Shown here: positions 18,824 to 27,126 of the stretch, in pieces
Numbering within the stretch: position 1 is the first letter of the stretch
Layout of the letters: each line of letters opens with the position of its first letter
Source of the DNA: Deltaproteobacteria bacterium CG_4_9_14_3_um_filter_63_12
Lineage (GTDB): Bacteria > Myxococcota_A > Bradymonadia > UBA4248 > UM-FILTER-63-12
Direction of reading: 5' to 3'
NCBI GenBank assembly: GCA_002789955.1
Contig: PFUG01000609.1
Coordinates: 3,635 to 67,634, forward strand
DNA length: 64,000 nt
Notes under the pieces: model-generated
The model's database searches: none
What the model was told of the DNA's origin: nothing
What the model saw: only the letters and a program-made list of their open reading frames with translations
Translations under genes and position numbers: made by a program

Positions 18824-19324
18824 ATGAAGACCCTAGTCTCGCTCGATGTGAATGGGCGAACGTACGAAATTGCTGTCTCTCCAGAGTTGACTTTGCTCGA
18901 GGCCCTGCGTTACGAGCTTGGCCTCACTGGGTCTAAACAAGGCTGTGACAAGGGCGACTGCGGCGCCTGTACCGTGCTCGTCGACGACCGGCCGACGTTG
19001 GCGTGCCTCACCCTGGCGGTCGCCGTTCAGGGCCGTAAGGTTCGCACCGTCGAGAGTCTCGCACAGGCCAATGTCCTCCACCCGCTCCAAGACGCCTTCG
19101 ACCAACACGGCGCAGCCCAGTGCGGTTTCTGTACTCCAGGGATCCTAATGAGCGCGGTCAGTCTGCTCGAGCAAGGTGGGGACGCTCCAGACCGGCTCTC
19201 AATCAAGAAAGCGTTGAGTGGAAACCTTTGCCGGTGCACTGGTTACACGAAGATCATCGACGCCGTTGAAGACGTCGCTGCGAACACTTCGTCGCCAGGG
19301 CCCCCTGGACATACCGGGTCCTGA
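18824..19324 (+). CDS. Mo-hydroxylase small subunit (2x[2Fe-2S], CoxS/XdhC-iron-sulfur type)
   Basis: CDKGDCGACTV...C (plant-ferredoxin type) and CGFCTPG...CRCTGY (second cluster) motifs. RBS GGAGG before the ATG at 18824. Confidence 0.85.
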   Translation: MKTLVSLDVNGRTYEIAVSPELTLLEALRYELGLTGSKQGCDKGDCGACTVLVDDRPTLACLTLAVAVQGRKVRTVESLAQANVLHPLQDAFDQHGAAQCGFCTPGILMSAVSLLEQGGDAPDRLSIKKALSGNLCRCTGYTKIIDAVEDVAANTSSPGPPGHTGS

Positions 19325-19381
19325 ACCTCTGCCAGTCGCCCGTACGAGTCGAGGGTCGCGTTTCTCGTTGGTACTTCGGAG

Positions 19382-21718
19382 GTGGTTATGCCGGCAAGCA
19401 AAATTCATACAGTCAAACAAACCCTCCACGTCATCGGACAACGCACGCCAAAGATCGATGGGCCCACGAAGGTCACGGGTGAGGCGCTCTACACCGACGA
19501 TATGCGGTTACCAGGAATGCTTTACTGCAAGATCGCGCGCAGCCCGCATCCCCATGCCCGTATCCGCTCCATTGACGCTTCGGCGGCGCTCGCCATCGAG
19601 GGCGTGCACGCGGTCATTACGGGGAAGGACCTACCAGTCCCCTACGGGATTCTTGGCTGGTCCCGTGACGAGCACGCTCTCTGTCTCGACAAAGCGAGAC
19701 ACGTTGGCGACGCCGTGGCTGCCGTCGCGGCCGAGAGCGAGGCCCTGGCCGTTCGAGCCGTCGACGCGCTCGTGATCGAGTATGAGGTTCTCCCACCAGT
19801 GCTCTCCATCGATGACGCCAAGACCCTCGTCGACGAGCCAGTCAACGGGCGAGCCCGCAGCGGCAACGTCCTCAAACGCGTCGAGCTCGAGTTTGGCGAC
19901 CTGAAAGGGGAATTCGCGAAGTCCGACAAGATCTTCGAGGCCGACTACTTCTTCCACGGCACGACGCACGCCGCCATCGAGCCCCATTGCGCCATCGCCA
20001 AAGTCGATGGCGCCTCTCGCCTCACGGTCTGGTCCTCGACTCAGGTGCCGCACTACCTGCACCGCGAGTTGGCGCTCGTCCTCGGGCTCGAAGAGAGCCG
20101 CATCCGAGTGGTCCAGCCCAACCTCGGTGGGGCCTTCGGCGGCAAGAGCGAACCCTTCGACCTCGAGTTCTGCGTGGCGAAACTCGCGCTCATCACCGGC
20201 CACCCAGTCAAATGCCTCTACACCCGCGAGGAGGTGTTCTACTCCCACCGCGGCCGGCACCCGATGCGAATGCACTTCGAGACCGGCGTCGATGCCGAGG
20301 GCAAGCTGACCGCGGTCCGCTCCAAGATCGAGATGGATGGTGGGGCCTATGCGTCATTCGGAGTCGTCACCACCTACTACTCCGGTCAGCTCATGACTGC
20401 CCCGTACGCCCTGCCTGCCTACGCCTTCGACTCGACCCGTTACTACACCAACAAGCCCGCCTGTGGACCCAAGCGCGGACATGGGACGGTGCAGCCACGG
20501 TTCGCCTTCGAGGTGCAACTCGACGAGATCGCCCACGACCTCCACATCGATCCCATCGAGCTCAGACGCCGAAACTTCATCGGGGACTTCACCGAAACCA
20601 TCAACGGCCAACGAATCACCTCCAATGGCTTCCTCGAATGCCTCGCAGCCGTCGAGAAAGCCAGCGACTGGAAGGCCCGGCGCAGCAGCTTGCCGGCAGG
20701 CGTGGGGCTCGGCGTCGCGGGCTCCATGTACATCTCTGGGACCAACTACCCCATCTACCCCAACGACATGCCCCAATCGGGAGTCCAGGCTCAAATCGAT
20801 CGCTCGGGCCGAGTGACCCTCTTCTCAGGGGCAAGCGACATCGGTCAGGGCTCCAACTCCATGCTCGCCTCCATCGCCTGCGAGGAGCTCGGCGTCGACC
20901 GCCGAGACGTCGTCGTCGTCAGCTCCGACACCGACCTCTGCCCTGTCGACTTGGGCGCCTACTCCAGCCGTGTCACCTTCATGGCTGGAAACGCCTGCGT
21001 CGACGCCTGTCGTCACCTACGTACGCAAATCCTCGAGGTCCTGCGCTCGGAATGGCACATCGACGAGCCACTCGACATCTTCGCCGGAGAAGTGCGCACC
21101 AAGGACGGCAAACACAGGCTCCCCGTCAAAGAGGCGTTCCGTCTCGCGGAGGCCCGTCTGGGAAGCCTAGGCTCCATGGGCTGGTACAACACGCCCAAGC
21201 TCGGAGGCGAGTACAAAGGCGGCAGCATTGGCGCCTCTCCAGCGTATTCGTTCACCGCGCACGTCGCCGAAGTCGAGGTCGACCGAGAAACCGGTCTCGT
21301 CGATGTGAAGAGAGTTTGGATCGCCCACGATTGTGGCCGAGCGCTCAACCCCATGACCGTCGAGGGCCAAATGGAAGGCTCCGCCTACATGGGCTTCGCC
21401 GAGACCCTCTTCGAGGAGCACGCCGTCGACGCTCGTGGCTTGCACCTGGGCCCCAACCTCCTCGATTACCGCCTGCCAACCCCCCTCGACACCCCGGATT
21501 TCGAAGCGCACATCGTCGAGACCTTCGATCCAGAGGGTCCCTACGGCGCGAAAGAGGCCGGCGAGGGCCCCTTGCACTCCGTCATCCCGGCCATCGCCAA
21601 CGCCATCTTCCATGCGACGGGCGCCCGGCTGCGAGAGCTCCCCTTCACGCCCGCAAAGGTGTTGGCCGCCCTCCGTGCCACGTCCATTCCTGAGCGACTT
21701 CCACCGTTGGAGCCTTAG
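19382..21718 (+). CDS. Mo-hydroxylase large subunit (xanthine dehydrogenase / aldehyde oxidase / CoxL family, molybdopterin-binding)
   Basis: 778 aa with an N-terminal a/b hammerhead and MoCo-binding domain pattern (GEALYTDD, GGAFGGK, ...). The substrate is not inferable. Confidence 0.8.
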   Translation: MVMPASKIHTVKQTLHVIGQRTPKIDGPTKVTGEALYTDDMRLPGMLYCKIARSPHPHARIRSIDASAALAIEGVHAVITGKDLPVPYGILGWSRDEHALCLDKARHVGDAVAAVAAESEALAVRAVDALVIEYEVLPPVLSIDDAKTLVDEPVNGRARSGNVLKRVELEFGDLKGEFAKSDKIFEADYFFHGTTHAAIEPHCAIAKVDGASRLTVWSSTQVPHYLHRELALVLGLEESRIRVVQPNLGGAFGGKSEPFDLEFCVAKLALITGHPVKCLYTREEVFYSHRGRHPMRMHFETGVDAEGKLTAVRSKIEMDGGAYASFGVVTTYYSGQLMTAPYALPAYAFDSTRYYTNKPACGPKRGHGTVQPRFAFEVQLDEIAHDLHIDPIELRRRNFIGDFTETINGQRITSNGFLECLAAVEKASDWKARRSSLPAGVGLGVAGSMYISGTNYPIYPNDMPQSGVQAQIDRSGRVTLFSGASDIGQGSNSMLASIACEELGVDRRDVVVVSSDTDLCPVDLGAYSSRVTFMAGNACVDACRHLRTQILEVLRSEWHIDEPLDIFAGEVRTKDGKHRLPVKEAFRLAEARLGSLGSMGWYNTPKLGGEYKGGSIGASPAYSFTAHVAEVEVDRETGLVDVKRVWIAHDCGRALNPMTVEGQMEGSAYMGFAETLFEEHAVDARGLHLGPNLLDYRLPTPLDTPDFEAHIVETFDPEGPYGAKEAGEGPLHSVIPAIANAIFHATGARLRELPFTPAKVLAALRATSIPERLPPLEP

Positions 21719-22732
21719 ATGCTGCCACTGCCTCCGTTCGCCTATCACCGTCCGCGAGACCTCGAAGAAGCCGTCGCGTTGTTGAGTGAGCTCGGCCCAG
21801 ACGCCAAGCTCATCGCTGGGGGCACCGACCTTCTGCCAAACATGAAGCATGGTCTCCTCGCTCCAAAGCACCTGATCGCCCTCGACGCCATCAGCGACCT
21901 CGATCGCGTCGAGGTCCTCGATGATGGATCGCTCTCCATCGGTGCGCTCACGAGACTCTCTGACCTGGCGGTCCACCCCACGATCCGAGTCCTTATCCCT
22001 GTTCTTGCCGAAGCGGCAGCCGAAGTGGCCAGTCCCCAAATCCGCAACATGGGCACGATCGGCGGCAACGTCTGCCTCGACACGCGCTGTGTCTACTACA
22101 ATCAGACCCAGTTCTGGCGCAGCGCGCTGGGCTTCTGCCTCAAGAAAGACGGAGACACCTGCCACGTCGTCAAGGGCGGTAAGCAGTGCGTCGCGGCCTG
22201 TGTCGGAGACACTGTGCCAGCCCTCATTGTCCTTGGCGCGGCGGCTCGAGTCTTGGGCCCTGAGGGCATGCGAGCAGTTCCACTCGAAGCGCTCTACACG
22301 ACGCCGGGCAGCGACCACCTGAAGCTCGCTCGAAACGAGGTAATCGTCCGGTTCGAGGTCCCCAGACCCGGCGAGCGCTTGCGCTCGGGTTTCTTTAAGC
22401 TCCGCCTTCGAAGGTCTATCGACTTCTCCTCCTTCAGCATCGCCGCAGCGCTACGACTCGACGGCCGCACGATTCAAGACCTGAAACTCGCCGCAGTCGC
22501 TTTGAACTCCAAACCTCGCGTCCTGAACGCCGAGAAGTTGGGGGTTCTCGGCCAGGACCTGACCAAGGAGGTCATGAGCCATATCGGCGAGCAATTCCAG
22601 CGTCGAGCGACGCCGTTGGACAACATCAACGTCGACTCGCAGTGGCGGAAAGAGGTCATTGCGGTCCTCGTCCGGAGATTGCTCGAGCGGGTCAGCGCCG
22701 TGGGAGCTCAGACAGCGAGTGTGTCGTCGTGA
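21719..22732 (+). CDS. Mo-hydroxylase FAD-binding (medium) subunit, CoxM/XdhB-like
   Basis: Translation begins ...PRDLEEAVALLSELGPDAKLIAGGTDLLPNMK, the FAD_binding_5 pattern. The ATG directly follows the coxL-like stop. Confidence 0.8.
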   Translation: MLPLPPFAYHRPRDLEEAVALLSELGPDAKLIAGGTDLLPNMKHGLLAPKHLIALDAISDLDRVEVLDDGSLSIGALTRLSDLAVHPTIRVLIPVLAEAAAEVASPQIRNMGTIGGNVCLDTRCVYYNQTQFWRSALGFCLKKDGDTCHVVKGGKQCVAACVGDTVPALIVLGAAARVLGPEGMRAVPLEALYTTPGSDHLKLARNEVIVRFEVPRPGERLRSGFFKLRLRRSIDFSSFSIAAALRLDGRTIQDLKLAAVALNSKPRVLNAEKLGVLGQDLTKEVMSHIGEQFQRRATPLDNINVDSQWRKEVIAVLVRRLLERVSAVGAQTASVSS

Positions 22733-22758
22733 GCTCCTTGCCACCCCATTTAGCGGCA

Positions 22759-23586
22759 ATGCGGGCTGCGCCCCCCAAGGCCTCGGCCCCCAAACCTGAG
22801 CCCATGGCCAAACGCAACGATGTGTTCGAGGCCCTCGTCGACCTCAGGCGACGAAAGATCCCTTGCGTCCTGTGTACCGTCGTTGAGTCCAAAGGCTCCT
22901 CTCCGCTCAAGGTCGGCGCCAAGATGGTGGTCTGCGAGGACTCGTGCGCCTATGGAACCATTGGCGGCGGCGCGGTCGAACACGTGGTACAGCAGCAGGC
23001 CCGGCAGGCTCTGGCCGATGGAAGCGGGGCGAAGCTGGTGACTCATCACCTGACCAAAGACCTCGGCATGTGTTGCGGAGGAACGATGAGCGTGTTCATG
23101 GAACTTCAAGTCGCCGCGCCTACTCTCTATGTGTTTGGCGCTGGGCACGTCTCGATGCCGCTCTGCGCGTTCGCAACCAGCGCTGGCTTTGAGACTTGTG
23201 TGGTCGATGAGCGCAGTGATTGGGCGAATTCCGAGCGGTTCCCTACCGTCGCGAGCCTTCGCTGCGAGTCGGCCGTCGCACTCCTCGAGGCCCTCGAGCT
23301 TCCCGCCGATGCCTATGTCGTCGTGCTCACCCACGACCACGCCCTCGACTACGAGCTCTTGAAGGCCGTCGTGGGCAAGCCGCTGGCCTACCTCGGCGTC
23401 ATCGGCAGTCAGCGAAAGGGGGCACGGTTCAGGCAGAGACTGGTCGCCGAAGGCTTCGATGAGTCCGTCGCCGAGCGCTTCCAGACCCCGATGGGAGTCG
23501 ACATCGGGGCCGTCACTGCCGAGGAGATTGCGGTCAGCATCGTCGCTGAGCTCGTGCGCGTGAGGCGCTCGCGGGAGTCGAAATGA
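22759..23586 (+). CDS. XdhC/CoxI-family MoCo insertion/maturation protein
   Basis: Translation reads ...LCTVVESKGSSPLKVGAKMVV...YVFGAGHVSMPL...VLTHDHALDYELL. The start is uncertain; a GTG at 22729 overlapping the upstream stop is an alternative. Confidence 0.75.
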   Translation: MRAAPPKASAPKPEPMAKRNDVFEALVDLRRRKIPCVLCTVVESKGSSPLKVGAKMVVCEDSCAYGTIGGGAVEHVVQQQARQALADGSGAKLVTHHLTKDLGMCCGGTMSVFMELQVAAPTLYVFGAGHVSMPLCAFATSAGFETCVVDERSDWANSERFPTVASLRCESAVALLEALELPADAYVVVLTHDHALDYELLKAVVGKPLAYLGVIGSQRKGARFRQRLVAEGFDESVAERFQTPMGVDIGAVTAEEIAVSIVAELVRVRRSRESK

Positions 23587-24173
23587 ACGTGCTGGTGCTC
23601 GCCGCCGGAGGGGGGACGCGATTCGGTGGCCCCAAGGCGTTGGCCACCTTCGACCGCTCACGTCTCGTCCCCGGCGAGCAAGAATCCGAGCGCACCTTCC
23701 TGGAGATCATCGTAGGTGGTCTGCCACTAGCGAAGGTCACTGTCGTGATCGGAGCCTCTGCGGATGAGGCGCAAGAGCACCACCGGGCGCTCGATGTCCG
23801 GTGGGTTCGCAACGTGGTGTGGGACTCGACCGACATGATGGCCTCGCTGCGCTTGGGATTGGCGGCGTGCGGTGCCTCCGAGCCAACGCTGGTCTGGCCA
23901 GTGGATTGTCCGCACGCGGATCACGACCTCGTGCTGGCGCTCGAGCGCGCGGTTGCTGATGCTCCGTGTCCGTGGGCCGCTGTCCCCCATCATGCGGGAC
24001 TCCCAGGGCATCCGATTGCGCTCTCGCCCAGAGCGTGCGCGGAGTTGGTCGCAAGTGACCTGGGGACGTTAAGGGAGTGGCTCGAAGGCCACCGTGACGA
24101 GGTCGCGCGTTTGGACTGGCCGAACCCATGCGTGCTCTTGAACGTCAATACTCCTGAAGATGGCTCCCGCTGA
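23583..24173 (+). CDS. MobA-like NTP transferase (molybdenum cofactor cytidylyl/guanylyltransferase, MocA/MobA)
   Basis: MNVLVLAAGGGTRFGGPK is an NTP_transf_3 type N-terminus. It overlaps the xdhC stop (ATGA). The context fits synthesis of a dinucleotide MoCo. Confidence 0.65.
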   Translation: MNVLVLAAGGGTRFGGPKALATFDRSRLVPGEQESERTFLEIIVGGLPLAKVTVVIGASADEAQEHHRALDVRWVRNVVWDSTDMMASLRLGLAACGASEPTLVWPVDCPHADHDLVLALERAVADAPCPWAAVPHHAGLPGHPIALSPRACAELVASDLGTLREWLEGHRDEVARLDWPNPCVLLNVNTPEDGSR

Positions 24174-24287
24174 GCGCCCGAGTGATGGCTTTGGGGAGCC
24201 TCGGTTTTTGCGGTCTTTGGGGCGTGAACTAGAATCGGCGCTGAATGGCCCTCTGCTGATGCGGCGTCGGGGTCGCTGGAGCCCTCT

Positions 24288-24638
24288 ATGAAAGTCGGAC
24301 TGGTCCTCATTTTCACCTTGGTCGTGGGGCTGCTCGTAGGCCTGGCCACGGTTCCAGCCGTGTCAGGCGAAGGCCTCCCCCACGTTGTCGATGCCGACGC
24401 AGACAATATCGCCGACGTGCTCGACAACTGTCCGACGGTGTCCAACGCGGACCAAGAAGATCTCGACGCCGATGGCTTGGGCGACTCGTGCGACCCCGAC
24501 CGCGATGGGGACGGCATTTACAACGTCTTGGACAACTGCCCCCGGGTCGCCAACCAGACTCAGCTGGACGGCAACCTGGATGGCATCGGCGATCGCTGCG
24601 AGCACGCTGGGGTGGACACAGTCGCGCTGAGCGAGTGA
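24288..24638 (+). CDS. small secreted protein with thrombospondin type-3 (Ca-binding) repeats
   Basis: Signal-peptide-like N-terminus MKVGLVLIFTLVVGLLVGLATVPAVSG. It carries repeated DNCPxVxNxDQxDxDxDGxGDxCD motifs (DNCPTVSNADQEDLDADGLGDSCD, DNCPRVANQTQLDGNLDGIGDRCE). RBS GGAG. Confidence 0.55.
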   Translation: MKVGLVLIFTLVVGLLVGLATVPAVSGEGLPHVVDADADNIADVLDNCPTVSNADQEDLDADGLGDSCDPDRDGDGIYNVLDNCPRVANQTQLDGNLDGIGDRCEHAGVDTVALSE

Positions 24639-24640
24639 GG

Positions 24641-24720
24641 GCCGTCTCGAGAGGTTGATTGGGGGTCTCGAGAGGTTGATTTGGGGGTCTCGAGAGGTTG
24701 ATTGGGGGTCCGCGAGGTCT
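24641..24720. repeat. tandem direct repeat, about 3.5 copies of a 21-22 bp unit GGTCTCGAGAGGTTGATT(T)GGG
   Basis: Read directly: the units ...gtctcgagaggttgattggg / ggtctcgagaggttgatttggg / ggtctcgagaggttgattggg / ggtccgcgaggtc... are contiguous with no spacers. They begin immediately after the TSP3-protein stop codon. Confidence 0.8.
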
Positions 24721-24880
24721 TTCCGGTAGTCAGCGGGCCCGCAATACCGGCGATTTAAGCTGCGAAGACCGCCCGCTCAACCCTTGAAGACTCCTCAAAC
24801 GACCTCTTCAGACCGTCCTGGCGAGGTTGGGCAGTGGGCGAACGACGTTGTCGAACGCCCGACGAGACGTTGTCCCGAAA

Positions 24881-26615
24881 CTACGGTGTCACTAGGCCGC
24901 CATCGGCTTCGTCGTCGACGCTTGGCACCTCGGGCACGATGACGCTGTAGGTCACCTCGGCTTGGCTCAGGGCGGGCTCCGTGCGGTTTGCCTGCCACAG
25001 AAGTTCTTCGATGGTTTGCAGCAAAGCTGCTGTCTTGAACTTATCGAGCGCCGAGGTCGCCACAGCATTGTGCAGGTGGGCGAGCTCTGCGGCAGTCTCG
25101 TAGCCGATCACATCCGCCTTGTTGAAGACGAGAATGACGGACTTCTTCTCGAGCCCGAGCTCGTCAAGGATCTTTCGAACCGCCTTGATGTGCAACTCGA
25201 AGTCCGGGTCGGCAATGTCCACGACATGGACCAAAACGTCGGCGTCATCGAGCTCTTCGAGGGTCGCCTTGAAGGCGGCGACCAGATCCTTGGGCAGGTC
25301 ACGAATGAAGCCGACGGTGTCCGTCAGGACGATCTCTCTGTCCTTGGGAAAGCGGAGTCGGCGGCTGGTGGGATCGAGGGTCGCAAAGAGCTTGTCCTCG
25401 GCGAGGACCTCGGAGTTGGTCAGGGTATTGAGCAGCGTCGATTTCCCGGCGTTGGTGTAGCCGACGATGCTGACGATTGGGACGTTTCGGGTCTTTCTGC
25501 GGCTGCGCCGCAGCTGACGCTGTTGCCCCAATTTCGAGAGCTGACCTTCGAGCAGGGCGATCCGATCGTGGGCTCGGCGTCGGTTGACCTCGAGCTTGGT
25601 CTCGCCTGGGCCGCGCCCACCGATGCCACCGGTGAGCCGACTCATCGCGGTGTTTTTCTGGATGAGTTTGGGCAGCATGTACTTGAGTTGGGCGAGCTCC
25701 ACCTGCAGCTTGCCGTCGTGGCTGGTCGCGCGCTGGGCAAAGATGTCGAGGATGAGTTGCGTCCGGTCGATGACCTTGAGTTCGGTGCGATTGGTGATGG
25801 CGCGGGATTGAGGTGGCGTGAGGTCGCGGTCGAAGATGATGACCTCGACACCGAGGTCGAGCGCCGAAAGCTCGATCGCTTTGAGCTTCCCGCTCCCAAC
25901 CACGAACTTCGGGTCGACGCGGCCTTTGCGCTGCTCTTCAATGTGCACGATCTCGACGTTTGCCGTGCGACAGAGCTCATGCATCTCTTTGAGTCGTGAG
26001 GCAGAGTCCTTCTCGCCGGTGTCGATGTGGACCAGCAGAGCGGGTGTGCCCTTGGTCTTGATGCGTCGGTCGGCCTTGCGCTCTGACTCTTCCTCGAGGG
26101 CAGCAATGAGCTCGAGGAAGTCGACTTCAAGAGCGTTGACGTGACCAAATCGAACGACCAGAGGGGCCTGGGCGTCGTCGCCGGGGACGACGTGGGCGTA
26201 CTCCACCGCTCCAGGTCGGCCGTCGGCGAGCGCTTCGACGCTGCAGACGAGATCGAGTCGGAGCTTGCTGAGGTCCGTCAGCTCGTCCGCAGTAGTCAGC
26301 GCGCCCGAACTAGTGGGAGTGGCGACCAGGAGTCTGAGTCCGCGCAGTCGACTGACGCCCGCTCGCTGTCGGCCAATATCTGGCAAATCCACGCGCAGCG
26401 CGTCTCCGACGACGACGTGCTCGACGTGGCCTCGTCGATCCATGAGCACGCCGATCTTGCGGTGGCTCTCGGCCGCAATGGCGGTCATGTGGTGTGCGAA
26501 CTCAGCGGTGATGATCGCGGCAGCTCGCATCTTTCTATCGAACAAACGCTCGAGCGTCTTGACCTGTCTCGAGTTAAGACCTTTGACATTGCCGACGATC
26601 TTCATAAGAGACGCG
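24881..26615 (-). CDS. hflX: GTPase HflX with an N-terminal extension of about 190 aa
   Basis: Canonical HflX blocks (VIDRTQLILDIFAQRATSHDGKLQVELAQLKY; GGRGPGETKLE; G1 GYTNAGKST; DTVGF; NKAD). The start was chosen at the ATG at 26615 (AAGGA RBS); the longest ORF extends to 26707. Confidence 0.85.
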
Positions 26616-27126
26616 TCCTTTGGAGCCTGCATGAGTGTTGTTGAGGCCGCAGGAACGCCTATTCCAGCACAGAAACCGCAAACGAACGGCTCGGGCGGAT
26701 GTGCCACGCTCGAACCCTATCTTGATGACCTGTTTAGCGGTGGTCTATGTCCAAACGCTCGAATCTGGCTGTAGCGTGGATGAGGCCCGCTTTCCAGGTT
26801 GTGGAACCGACGTTTGACTCAATGAGGAGTCGTTGGCTCTGAGCAGAAAGCCAGTCCGAACCTAGGTTCGGGCTAGCTTTTGTTCCCGCTAGTGCCGGTC
26901 CGGGAAACCCCCATCTGCGGCGCCGCCTTCTTCCCTCGTTCTCGGCGTACCGTTGTACGCCTGTGTCGCTCGGTCGTCGGCTCCTTGCATCTTGGGCGTT
27001 TCCGAACGGGCACTCAAAAGATGTCCTTTGGGAAGGATTGCATGTTCCGCCGAGATCGGTGGAAAATGCGACCGAACTCTGAATTCCAAAATGGACTCTT
27101 GCTTGAAGCAGAACCGGGGGCTCAAA

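Noticed and set aside
24641-24720. Possible CRISPR array (direct repeats of 21-22 bp)
   Set aside because: The units are contiguous with no unique spacers, there are only 3.5 copies, and there are no cas genes. It is a simple tandem repeat.
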